A stretch of DNA of 64,000 nt, from positions 5,184,001 through 5,248,000 of the forward strand of contig OY762209.1 of the NCBI GenBank assembly GCA_963665295.1. The letters are read 5' to 3'. Of the stretch, positions 19,733-28,917 are shown piece after piece. The notes beneath the pieces were generated by a model. The model made no database searches and had not been told where the DNA came from. It saw only the letters and a list, made by a program, of their open reading frames with translations. The stretch is from Syntrophorhabdaceae bacterium. GTDB lineage: Bacteria > Desulfobacterota > Syntrophorhabdia > Syntrophorhabdales > Syntrophorhabdaceae. The position numbers and the translations under genes were made by a program. Each line of letters begins with the position of its first letter. The first letter of the stretch is position 1.

Positions 19733-20926
19733 TTACTCTTTCGTTTTCGACGCGATCTCATTTCCAAAACGAATACAATTCTCGACTGACGCAGTGTCGG
19801 GATTCCATTTTTCCCGTATTCCCTCATTCAGCAGTTCAAACCCGCCCTCTTTAAGCCTGTCCGATATAACCTTTACCGACTCTCCGCTCCAGCCATAACA
19901 CCCAAAGGCAGCCGCCTTTTTGCCCCTGAACCGCAATCCCTTGATTTCCTCAAGAATGGAGGCGCACGCAGATAGGATGCCCTGGTTTATGGTCGGAGAC
20001 CCGACCAGGATTGCCCTGGACTTGAAAATCTCGGTGATGATATCGTTTTTGTCCGATCTCGCGGCGTTGAACAGTTTCACGGCCACCGTCTTATCGACGT
20101 CGGTGATCCCCTTTGAAATGGCCTCCGCCATCTTTCTGGTCCCGTCCCACATGGTGTCATAGACTATGGTAATCTGGTTCTCGGCATAGGCGTTTGCCCA
20201 TTGGACATACTGGTTGACGATCTGTAACGGGTCTTTTCTCCACATTACGCCGTGGCTCGGACAGATCATGTTCACCGGCACATTCAACGCGACAACCTCC
20301 TTGATCTTCTTGTCAACAAAGGTGCTGAAAGGCGTCAGGATGTTGGCATAGTACTTGATGGCTTCCTGAAACAGTTCCGTCTGGTTCACCAGGTCATTAT
20401 ACATCAGTTCCGACGCGATGTGCTGACCGAAAGCGTCGTTACTGAAGAGGACGTTGTCGCCGGTCAGATAAGACATCATGCTGTCCGGCCAGTGCAGCAT
20501 CCGGGCTTCGATAAATATCAGCTCTTTTGATCCGAGACTGAGTTTATCTCCTGTTTTCACCACATGAAAATCCCAATCCTGATGATAGTGGCCTTTCAGT
20601 GAATTTACACCGTTGGACGTACAGTATATGGGCGTCCCGGGAATATGGCGCATCAACTCCGGCAGCGCGCCGCTATGGTCTGATTCCGCATGATTGGCGA
20701 TTATGAAATCGATCTTTTCAAGGGGGATCTCCTTTTTCAGGTTTTCCACGAATTCGCCTGAGAACTTCCCCCACACGGTATCGATGAGGACCGTTTTTTC
20801 ATCCTTTACCAGATACGAATTGTAGCTTGAACCGCGATGGGTCGAATACTCCTCCCCGTGAAATTTCCTCAGCTCCCAGTCGATCTTTCCGACCCATGAA
20901 ATATTCCCGTTGATTTTAAAAGCCAT
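19733..20926 (-). CDS. fprA: Flavodiiron protein (FprA/NorV family, NO/O2 reductase)
   Basis: SYNSYLV, HAESDHSG, HWPDSM, FSNDAFGQH, PSHG and C-terminal flavodoxin domain. Confidence 0.93.
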   Translation of the reverse strand: MAFKINGNISWVGKIDWELRKFHGEEYSTHRGSSYNSYLVKDEKTVLIDTVWGKFSGEFVENLKKEIPLEKIDFIIANHAESDHSGALPELMRHIPGTPIYCTSNGVNSLKGHYHQDWDFHVVKTGDKLSLGSKELIFIEARMLHWPDSMMSYLTGDNVLFSNDAFGQHIASELMYNDLVNQTELFQEAIKYYANILTPFSTFVDKKIKEVVALNVPVNMICPSHGVMWRKDPLQIVNQYVQWANAYAENQITIVYDTMWDGTRKMAEAISKGITDVDKTVAVKLFNAARSDKNDIITEIFKSRAILVGSPTINQGILSACASILEEIKGLRFRGKKAAAFGCYGWSGESVKVISDRLKEGGFELLNEGIREKWNPDTASVENCIRFGNEIASKTKE

Positions 20927-20940
20927 GATATCCTCCTGAT

Positions 20941-21501
20941 TCAGTCCGAATATATTTTGCTCAGTTTCTTGAGCAAGCTATGAAACTCCTCATGCTTGCC
21001 GATTCCGATCCGCTCCACTTCTATCTGCTCGAACCCTTCAAATAATTCGTCCTGCCGCTTCTCCGGCAGAAGCCTGTCCGCCATCACGAACAAGACCGTA
21101 TTCTCCTTCTCCATATGGGCGTTCAACAATGAAATGTAGCCCTCCACGTTTTCAATAATGACCCCCGATGAAGAGCCGTCGCCCACCGTATAGGCGTCAA
21201 AGGCTTCGCTTATGGTTTTAACATAGGCCCTTCCCATTGTATGTTCCCGAAGCATAACGGCAATAGGGCCATCCTTCGGGACTCCGGCAGCTTCCAAAGC
21301 GGGGAACAACAGGTCTTCTTCCTTTCCATGGTGACACCTGTCCACAAAGACTTTCAGGAATTCAAGAATACCCCCGAAGTCTTCTTTGTTCACGTTTCCC
21401 GTTGCCTTCATTCGGCCGGATATCCGCCCCATGATACCGAGCATGATCTTGATGCCTTCGTGTTCGTCTTTCAGTTGCTGCGTAGCTTTCGAATTCATCA
21501 C
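20941..21501 (-). CDS. Hemerythrin (HHE cation-binding) domain protein
   Basis: EH...HHGKEEDLLFP...EH..GR...H.EKENTVLF. Confidence 0.9.
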   Translation of the reverse strand: MMNSKATQQLKDEHEGIKIMLGIMGRISGRMKATGNVNKEDFGGILEFLKVFVDRCHHGKEEDLLFPALEAAGVPKDGPIAVMLREHTMGRAYVKTISEAFDAYTVGDGSSSGVIIENVEGYISLLNAHMEKENTVLFVMADRLLPEKRQDELFEGFEQIEVERIGIGKHEEFHSLLKKLSKIYSD

Positions 21502-21673
21502 CCCTCCCTTGTTCGGTTTTTTCCGCTCTCCCCCGGGGACCTGCGTGGTGATATTGATTACAGGCCCGATAAGCTGTCCAATATAACTTTAAGATCGCTG
21601 CGGGGATTTTGTACAGGGCGGCGGCGGGGAAAGGTCCCTTTTTTACCCGTGAGTCTTTGTCTCATGTATGACG

Positions 21674-21691
21674 TCTTGACTTAAGTCAAGT
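21674..21691. promoter_or_regulatory. Palindrome tcTTGAC-ttaa-GTCAAgt, candidate HcpR/Crp-Fnr binding site
   Basis: Perfect palindrome between divergent hemerythrin-fprA and cupin genes. Confidence 0.65.
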
Positions 21692-21754
21692 ACAATGGCC
21701 ATTCTGTATTATAAGATGAATGAAACCCAAAAGGAAACTCAAAAGGAGAACGCT

Positions 21755-22090
21755 ATGGCCGAGAATTCCACCCACACAGAAGGTTTGCCCTCCGTATTGA
21801 AACTCAAAGACATGATTGACTACCAGGAACACTCCGTCGTGAGCCGGGAGATCATCCGCAAGCCCTCGGGAACGATGACCGTCTTCGCCTTCGACAAAGG
21901 AGAGGGGCTCAGCGAACACACGGCGCCTTTTGATGCGGCGGTCTATCTGCTGGAAGGCGAGGCCGAGATTCGCATCGACGGCAAACCCTATTCGGTCAAG
22001 GAAGGGGAAATGATCGTCATGCCGGCCAACAAGCCGCACGCCCTCAAAGCCGTCACCCGCTACAGAATGCTACTGGTAATGATCAGGTAG
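21755..22090 (+). CDS. Cupin domain protein
   Basis: VFAFDKGEGLSEHTAPFDA...MPANKPHAL; start after AGGAG. Confidence 0.9.
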   Translation: MAENSTHTEGLPSVLKLKDMIDYQEHSVVSREIIRKPSGTMTVFAFDKGEGLSEHTAPFDAAVYLLEGEAEIRIDGKPYSVKEGEMIVMPANKPHALKAVTRYRMLLVMIR

Positions 22091-22337
22091 AACAAAATAC
22101 ACGGGGGACCCGATGGGTACACAAGCCGTTATGGAAAAGGCAAAAACCCGTGCAAAGGACGGCTAAATAGCGTGTATGCAAGCCCTGAAGATCTCCGGGG
22201 AGGAGGGTTTTTCGCCGAAAGACCCGGGCGCCCTTCTGAACGATCTCAAGGGCCGGCCGTGAACCGGAGTATTTGTCGCAGTATGGAGCGACGGGATTCC
22301 CTGCGCCATCGTCTGAATCAATTGTGTCGGGCCTCAC

Positions 22338-23315
22338 TCAGCGTGTCAGGGCAGTGCGCGATGTGAAATCCTCTTCGGTGTTCGCGCGCATCTCAACTGC
22401 CCGCCTCGACTCCCTGGCCGTCGAGACGGCGCAATTACGCCCCTGCGCCTTCGCCCGGTAAAGTGCGACGTCGGCCGTCCCCAATATCTCATCCACCGTG
22501 CTTCCGGCGACCGCGCAGGCCACACCGATACTCACCGACACAGACAGGGCGCCCGCCCTTGTCATGATTGTGCTTGCGGCAACCTGGGCGCAAACTCTCG
22601 TAAAGAGGGACATGTAATCGGTTTCTTCCTTCAATGGAACGATCATCAGAAACTCCTCTCCCCCCATGCGTCCCACGGAATCGTATTTCCGGAGGTTATC
22701 ATTCAGAATCTTCGTGAGTCCCCTGAGCACCTCGTCCCCAGCCTGATGGCCGTACGTGTCGTTGATACGCTTGAAATGGTCTATGTCGCACATTCCGACA
22801 GCCAGCGCCTCGCCGCGGCGAGTAGCCCGAGCCAGTTCCTGGTCCAGGTGGACAAGGATGGCACGGCGATTGAGCATACCCGTCAACGGATCGTGGGTGG
22901 CTTGGTGCGCCAGGGCTTCCCTGCTTTGGATAAGCGCGGCCCGCATCTCTACCATACGCCGGCCGACCTCCACGCGGGCACGAAGCTCTCCCGCATCATA
23001 GGGCTTCGCGAGATAGTCGTTGGCGCCGGCCTCGAGTCCGGCGATAATGTCCGCCTTCTCGTCTTTCGACGTGAGCATGATAATGTAAGCCGGCAGGTCG
23101 CTTTGCAGGGTACGGACCCTGCGCACCACCTCCGGTCCATCCATCTCCGGCATCATCCAGTCAAAGATGGCGAGCTTCGGCGCATCGGGCTTCTGCATAG
23201 CCTCCCAAGCCTGAGCGCCATCCTCCGTCGCCACCACCTCATGACCCTGCTTTTTCAGTACTGCCGTAAGGACAGTGCGCGACGTTAAGTCGTCTTCGGC
23301 GATCAATATTCTCAT
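22338..23315 (-). CDS. Response regulator diguanylate cyclase (REC-GGDEF)
   Basis: MRILIAEDD...DWMMPEMDG; GGEEF active site; RKYD I-site; SD AGGAGG. Confidence 0.92.
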   Translation of the reverse strand: MRILIAEDDLTSRTVLTAVLKKQGHEVVATEDGAQAWEAMQKPDAPKLAIFDWMMPEMDGPEVVRRVRTLQSDLPAYIIMLTSKDEKADIIAGLEAGANDYLAKPYDAGELRARVEVGRRMVEMRAALIQSREALAHQATHDPLTGMLNRRAILVHLDQELARATRRGEALAVGMCDIDHFKRINDTYGHQAGDEVLRGLTKILNDNLRKYDSVGRMGGEEFLMIVPLKEETDYMSLFTRVCAQVAASTIMTRAGALSVSVSIGVACAVAGSTVDEILGTADVALYRAKAQGRNCAVSTARESRRAVEMRANTEEDFTSRTALTR

Positions 23316-23343
23316 GGGTACTGCCTCCTTGTTGTCTGATTCG

Positions 23344-26300
23344 TCATTTTCCACTATCCGTAAATTCCTTCATCGCTTCCTTCAACAGGTCAAACTGCTT
23401 TTCCAATTCCGGCAGGCGGGCCTTGATAGCCTCCACGCTGCCGCCTTTTCCGGCTTTCTCCACCTTGAAGGCCGCGGCGCGTAAGGCCTCGCCGCCCAAA
23501 TTGGCAGACGCGCCTTTGATGGAATGGGCCTGACGCTCGACGTTTTCCGTGTCTCCCGCATCGAGATAGCCCTTGAGCACCGCGATCTGTCTGGGGATAT
23601 CGTCCAGGAAACCGGCCACCACGGTATATGCCAGATCCTCGTCATCCATAAGGCGGGACATCATCCCCGTCTTGTCGAACACCGGCGCCCCGGCCTCGCC
23701 TGTGCCGGCTGAGATATGGGTTTCAGGCTCCCCGGGCGTGCATTCCCTTGTCGGTTCTTTAGGCAGCCACTTCTCCAGCGCCTCGGCCAGCACTTTGGGT
23801 GAGACAGGCTTACTCACGTAATCGTTCATCCCTGCTTCCAGGCATTTCTCACGGTCACCCTGCATGGCGTGGGCGGTCATGGCAATGACCGCTACCTCGT
23901 GATTACGCACCTGAGATGAACGATCGCGGATTCGGCGCGTCGCCTCCAGTCCGTCCAACACGGGCATTTGAACATCCATGAGCACCAGGTCGTAGGGCAG
24001 GGTTTCCAGGGCTTTGATGGCTTCCGCTCCGTTGGCCACTGCGTCCGCGCGGAGACCCAGTTTCTTGAGGATGCCCACAGCCACCTGTTGATTGGTTATA
24101 TTATCTTCAGCCAGGAGAATGCGCATTGCTCCCCGACGTAATTCGCGGACTGTGTGGCGCGTGACGATGGACTGCGCCGGCAGGCTCATAGCAGTCCCGG
24201 CCAACACGGCGGACAGGCAGCCGAAGAGTTCGGACTGACGCGCCGGTTTGGTCAGGTAGCCGGAGAAACCGATATCCTCCATCTTCCTTGCGTCACCCCG
24301 TAGTCCCAAAGAGGATAAAAGAACGAGAGGCGTGTCCTTGAATGCAGGATCTGCCTTGATAGCGCGTCCCAGGGCCGTACCATCCATGCCCGGCATCTGC
24401 ATGTCGAGAATAGCGATCCGGAAAGGATCACCTGTGTCTTTGGCCAGATAGAGCGCCTTGAGCGCCGCGGGTCCGTCTTCGGCCCCTTCCACACGCACGC
24501 CCCATGCTCCAAGCTGGGCCGTCAGGACCTCACGATTGGTGGCGTTATCATCTACCAATAGGATGTGGACCCCGTGCAGTTCGGCGGGAGGCGCGATGTT
24601 CTGTTCTCGCTCGGGCTCCCTGGTAAAGCGCGCCGTAAACCAGAACTCGGAACCCCGGTCCTCTTCGCTCTCGACACCGATCTCGCCACCCATCATCTCC
24701 GCTAACTGCTTCGAGATGGCCAGCCCCAATCCGGTGCCACCGTACTCCCGTGTGGTCGAAGCGTCTGCCTGGGTGAACTTCTGAAACAAGGCTTCCAGGT
24801 TGTCTGCGGATATGCCTATGCCTGTATCTCTTATGGAAAAACGCACCACGGCTTCGTCATCTGTTTCGGAAACCAGACTTGTCCTGACGGCGATCTCGCC
24901 TTCATGGGTGAACTTTACCGCATTGCCCGTCAGGTTGGTGAGAATCTGGCGCAGGCGACCGGGGTCGCCGCGGACGTAGGCCGGCATCTCCGGCGCCGCG
25001 GCACAAATGAACTCGAGCCCTTTCTCGTGAGCGCGAAGAGCCATCATGGCAGCGAAGTCGTCCAACAAGGCGCGAAGGTCGAAACCAAGCGCCTCCAACT
25101 CAAGTTTGCCTGCCTCGATCTTGGAGAAATCCAATATGTCGTTTATGAGCGCGAGGAGCGACTCTGAACTGTTGCGCACGGTCTCGGCATAGTGCCGCTG
25201 CTCCACGTTCAGGTCCGTATCAAGCAGGAGGCCTGTCATGCCGATAACGCCGTTCATGGGAGTGCGGATTTCGTGACTCATGTTGGCGAGGAACTCGCTC
25301 TTGGCCACGTTTGCCATCTCGGCCCTCGCGGTGGCATCCTCGAGCCGGTGATTAGCCTCCCGAAATGCTTCCTCGGCCTTCTTGAACTTGGTAATGTCCT
25401 GGTTTGCGCCAAACCTCTTTACAACACGGCCTGAATCATCCCTGATGATCCTTGCCCGCGCCAGGATATGCCGCACTTCTCCATCGCGACGGATAATACG
25501 GTGTTCAATGTCGGCAACCCATTCGGGGCCCTGGTTTGAGTCAATTTGTTTCAGGAATTGAGCATAAGACGGCAGATCGTCGGGATGCAGGAATTGTTTC
25601 ACATATGATTCCCTTGTCATTCGATACCCTCCTTCCCGCTCGGCAGTGGTGCCGTAAAGCGCATAGAAGGGATCGTTAAAAACGTATACTTCTGCGGCGG
25701 GGTCAAATTCCCAGTACGCGATATGGGCAAGGTCCATTGCTTCGGACAACTGAAGTCGGCTGGCATATAAGGCTTTTCCCGATCTCCTGCGTTCAGTGAT
25801 GTCCCGAAATGTCCAGATTCTCCCGTAGTCCTTCCCATCCTTGCCGATGACAGGGCTGCTGTATCTGTCCAGAACCGTTCCATCTTTAAGTTCAATCTCA
25901 TCCCGGATCGCTTCGTCCGGATGGGCATGCATATACGCCGCCTTCGCTTGAAATTGCACAGGGTCCTTGGCCAGTCCCTCGACCCACCCCATCTGTGATT
26001 CTTCGTCATCGCTCTCGGCGATGTGTCCGGGAAATTTCAACAGATCCCTAACTTGCCGGTTCTGAAGGATCTTCCTGCCCTTGTCCACCACTATGATTCC
26101 ATCGAGGGACGCGTTTATCTGCGCCTCAAGGAGTGCGGTCTTTTGTCGTAGCCGCTCTTCCGCCCGTTCATATTCGGTGATGTCGTAGATGGCCCCTGAA
26201 ACGGCCGGGCGTCCCTTATAGAACACAAACGATCCGAGGACCTTCACAGTGATAATCTCCGTGTCCTTCCTGATAGCCCTCATTTTGTATTCCATACGGT

Positions 26301-26895
26301 CTACTTCGCCGGACAGACGTTTTTGAAGGTTATTTTCCACGAACCTCCTGTCTTCCGGAAGGATCAAATCCAGAGGGTCTACCTTATCGACTACCTCATC
26401 GTAGGTATATCCATAAATATCGCACCACTGTCTATTGACAAAACGAAGGAGGTCATCCTGTATGATATAGACACCGACAGGGGAGCTGTCCACCAGGGCG
26501 CGGTACACCGCTTCCGATTCGAGGAGCGCCTCCTCCACCCGCTTGCGCTCGGTAATGTCCCGCATTGAACCAACGATGTACTTTTCATCCGTTTCGTTGA
26601 GATACAGTGTCCTTTTCGTCACGACTGTCCGTACGTTGCCGTCGGCGCCGGTGAACTGCTCCTCATGGGAACCTTCTTTTCCTGTCTCAAAGACACAGTC
26701 ATCGTTTCTCCGGAAAATATCTGCGTACTTTCCCGGAAATAAGCCATGGTCCGTTTTTCCGAGCAACTGCTCGCGGGACTTACCGAACATCCTGCATGCC
26801 GCATCGTTGACAAACACGAACCCATGCCGCCGGTTCTTAACAAAAACAGGATCTCCTCCACGGGAGATCACCGCCTCAAGATACTCTGAAAACAT
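23344..26895 (-). CDS. Multi-PAS hybrid histidine kinase (PAS x4, HisKA, HATPase, REC, REC, HPt)
   Basis: FLANMSHEIRTPMNG, NLTGNAVKFT, DTGIGI, GGTGLGL, two receiver domains, HPt AHSIKGAS; start at ATG 26895 after GGAGG. Confidence 0.95.
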   Translation of the reverse strand: MFSEYLEAVISRGGDPVFVKNRRHGFVFVNDAACRMFGKSREQLLGKTDHGLFPGKYADIFRRNDDCVFETGKEGSHEEQFTGADGNVRTVVTKRTLYLNETDEKYIVGSMRDITERKRVEEALLESEAVYRALVDSSPVGVYIIQDDLLRFVNRQWCDIYGYTYDEVVDKVDPLDLILPEDRRFVENNLQKRLSGEVDRMEYKMRAIRKDTEIITVKVLGSFVFYKGRPAVSGAIYDITEYERAEERLRQKTALLEAQINASLDGIIVVDKGRKILQNRQVRDLLKFPGHIAESDDEESQMGWVEGLAKDPVQFQAKAAYMHAHPDEAIRDEIELKDGTVLDRYSSPVIGKDGKDYGRIWTFRDITERRRSGKALYASRLQLSEAMDLAHIAYWEFDPAAEVYVFNDPFYALYGTTAEREGGYRMTRESYVKQFLHPDDLPSYAQFLKQIDSNQGPEWVADIEHRIIRRDGEVRHILARARIIRDDSGRVVKRFGANQDITKFKKAEEAFREANHRLEDATARAEMANVAKSEFLANMSHEIRTPMNGVIGMTGLLLDTDLNVEQRHYAETVRNSSESLLALINDILDFSKIEAGKLELEALGFDLRALLDDFAAMMALRAHEKGLEFICAAAPEMPAYVRGDPGRLRQILTNLTGNAVKFTHEGEIAVRTSLVSETDDEAVVRFSIRDTGIGISADNLEALFQKFTQADASTTREYGGTGLGLAISKQLAEMMGGEIGVESEEDRGSEFWFTARFTREPEREQNIAPPAELHGVHILLVDDNATNREVLTAQLGAWGVRVEGAEDGPAALKALYLAKDTGDPFRIAILDMQMPGMDGTALGRAIKADPAFKDTPLVLLSSLGLRGDARKMEDIGFSGYLTKPARQSELFGCLSAVLAGTAMSLPAQSIVTRHTVRELRRGAMRILLAEDNITNQQVAVGILKKLGLRADAVANGAEAIKALETLPYDLVLMDVQMPVLDGLEATRRIRDRSSQVRNHEVAVIAMTAHAMQGDREKCLEAGMNDYVSKPVSPKVLAEALEKWLPKEPTRECTPGEPETHISAGTGEAGAPVFDKTGMMSRLMDDEDLAYTVVAGFLDDIPRQIAVLKGYLDAGDTENVERQAHSIKGASANLGGEALRAAAFKVEKAGKGGSVEAIKARLPELEKQFDLLKEAMKEFTDSGK

Positions 26896-27083
26896 CGGAA
26901 AAGCCTCCCTCTCTCTGTCTTCTCCATGCAGCCGTCCCGGCCCCACTCGTCCTCATTGATCTATAGCCTGATCTTGTGAGACCGTGGAGGGGCTGTGTGC
27001 CCGTCTCGCATCTTCCCGGCGGCGCCTTTTTTCGACAGGCCCACGCTGCTATGCCGCCGTTGCTACGTCCATTGGCTGCCCCT

Positions 27084-28793
27084 CTAGAATCTCTCGAATT
27101 CATCATCCAGGTTGTCATGACCGGCGCTGAGATCAAGGGCAACGCCCGTCTTCTTGCTGCCGATTCCGCTGCGCCGGGTCGGCAGCGTAGCGTGTTTGAT
27201 GGGTTTCAGGTGCGCAGCAACGGGTTTCGGCGCGGCTTGAGCCGCGGCGTGGTCGATCCTGCGGGCTTTGATGCCGGCCTCGTCCACCCTGAAGAAGGAG
27301 ATGGAGTCCTGAAGTTGCTCCGCCTGGCTCGCGAGTTCTTCTGAGGTGGAGGCAATCTCTTCTGTGGCTGAGGCGTTCTGTTGAATCACCTGATCGAGTT
27401 GCTGGATCGCCATGTTGATCTGCTCCGCCCCTGTATTCTGTTCGTTGCTTGCCGCGTTGATCTCACCCACCAGTTCCGCGGTCCTCCGGATGTCGGGGAC
27501 GATCTTCGCGAGCATCTCACCCGCTTTTTCCGCAACCTGTACGCTGCTTGCGGAAAGCTTGTTGATCTCACCGGCGGCTATCTGACTTCTCTCTGCAAGT
27601 CTTCTCACCTCCGTAGCGACTACGGCAAAACCTTTTCCGTGTTCGCCTGCGCGGGCCGCCTCGATTGCCGCATTGAGTGCAAGGAGGTTAGTCTGCCTGG
27701 CTATTTCTTCAATGATAGTGATCTTCCCTGCAATCTCCCTCATGGCCGCGACGGTCTCTGTTACGGCCTGGCCGCCTTCCTTTGCGTCCTCGGCGGACTT
27801 GAGGGCTATCTTCTCCGTTTCCTGGGCGTTATCTGCATTCTGCCTTATATTGGACACCATTTCTTCCATGGAGGATGAGACTTCTTCCGCCGAGGCCGCC
27901 TGTTCCGTTGCGCCCTGGGACATCTCCTCCGACGAGGCGCTCATTTGTTTGCCCCCTGACGCTACGTTATCGGCGGCAGCCTTGACGTCGGCGACTATTG
28001 CCTTCAGTTTGTTCGCCATGTTCATCATGGCGCTGAGGAGCTGACCCGCCTCGTCGGCGCTCTCCGCGTCCGCACGAGCGGTAAGGTCTCCTTCGGACAG
28101 GCTGTTGGCCAGGATTACCGCTTTCCCCAGGGTTCTGGTAATGATTCTGGTTACAAAAAAGGCGATACATAATATGAGGGCGGCCACGACAATGGCGGCA
28201 ACCAGTATCCTGGTGCGCAGGGCCGACACTTCGGCATTCACATCGTCCACATAGATGCCGGTGGCTATCGTCCAGTTCCAGGGAGCGAAGAACTTGGCAT
28301 AAGAAAGCTTGGGCGACGGTTTGGTCTCATTCGGTTTGGGAAACATATAATCCACAAACCCGTCACCTTTGGCCCTCGCGACCTCAACCATTTCTCTTAC
28401 GAAGAATTTGCCGTGAGAGTCCTTGAGGACCTCGTCCTTCATATCTTTGCCCACCAGTTCCTGTTTCAAGGCGTGCATGATTACCTTGCCGTTTCCATCG
28501 ATGATGAAAAAATACTCGTTCGTGTGGTAACGAACGCTTCTTACGGTTTCCAGCGCCCGCTTCTGTGCCTCTTCATCTTTGATGTCCCCCGCTCTCGCCT
28601 TCGCCTCCAGCGCCGCAATCGTACTGTAGGCCACGTCGGTGACATATTTCGTGGCGCTCTTCTTCTCCTCCATGAGTTTCCTCTCCATGAGGGGCAATAT
28701 ATAGAAGAGTATACCCGCCAGGACTATGGCGATAGTCAATACCGATATCCCCAGAATCTTTGTGGCTATTCTCCAGTCTTTGAACCTTTTCAT
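27084..28793 (-). CDS. Methyl-accepting chemotaxis protein with single Cache sensor and HAMP
   Basis: Two TM segments, Cache domain, [31 protein letters not shown]-terminal pentapeptide-like EFERF. Confidence 0.95.
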   Translation of the reverse strand: MKRFKDWRIATKILGISVLTIAIVLAGILFYILPLMERKLMEEKKSATKYVTDVAYSTIAALEAKARAGDIKDEEAQKRALETVRSVRYHTNEYFFIIDGNGKVIMHALKQELVGKDMKDEVLKDSHGKFFVREMVEVARAKGDGFVDYMFPKPNETKPSPKLSYAKFFAPWNWTIATGIYVDDVNAEVSALRTRILVAAIVVAALILCIAFFVTRIITRTLGKAVILANSLSEGDLTARADAESADEAGQLLSAMMNMANKLKAIVADVKAAADNVASGGKQMSASSEEMSQGATEQAASAEEVSSSMEEMVSNIRQNADNAQETEKIALKSAEDAKEGGQAVTETVAAMREIAGKITIIEEIARQTNLLALNAAIEAARAGEHGKGFAVVATEVRRLAERSQIAAGEINKLSASSVQVAEKAGEMLAKIVPDIRRTAELVGEINAASNEQNTGAEQINMAIQQLDQVIQQNASATEEIASTSEELASQAEQLQDSISFFRVDEAGIKARRIDHAAAQAAPKPVAAHLKPIKHATLPTRRSGIGSKKTGVALDLSAGHDNLDDEFERF

Positions 28794-28917
28794 AAGTTCC
28801 TCCTCATGCTCCGTGACGACATTTCTTCATCCATGCCTCTGAAAGGATATCGGATTTGTGGACTTCAGGCTAAAGGTGACTTATTGGAGATATAATGGGT
28901 ATATTTTCTATCCTGTA

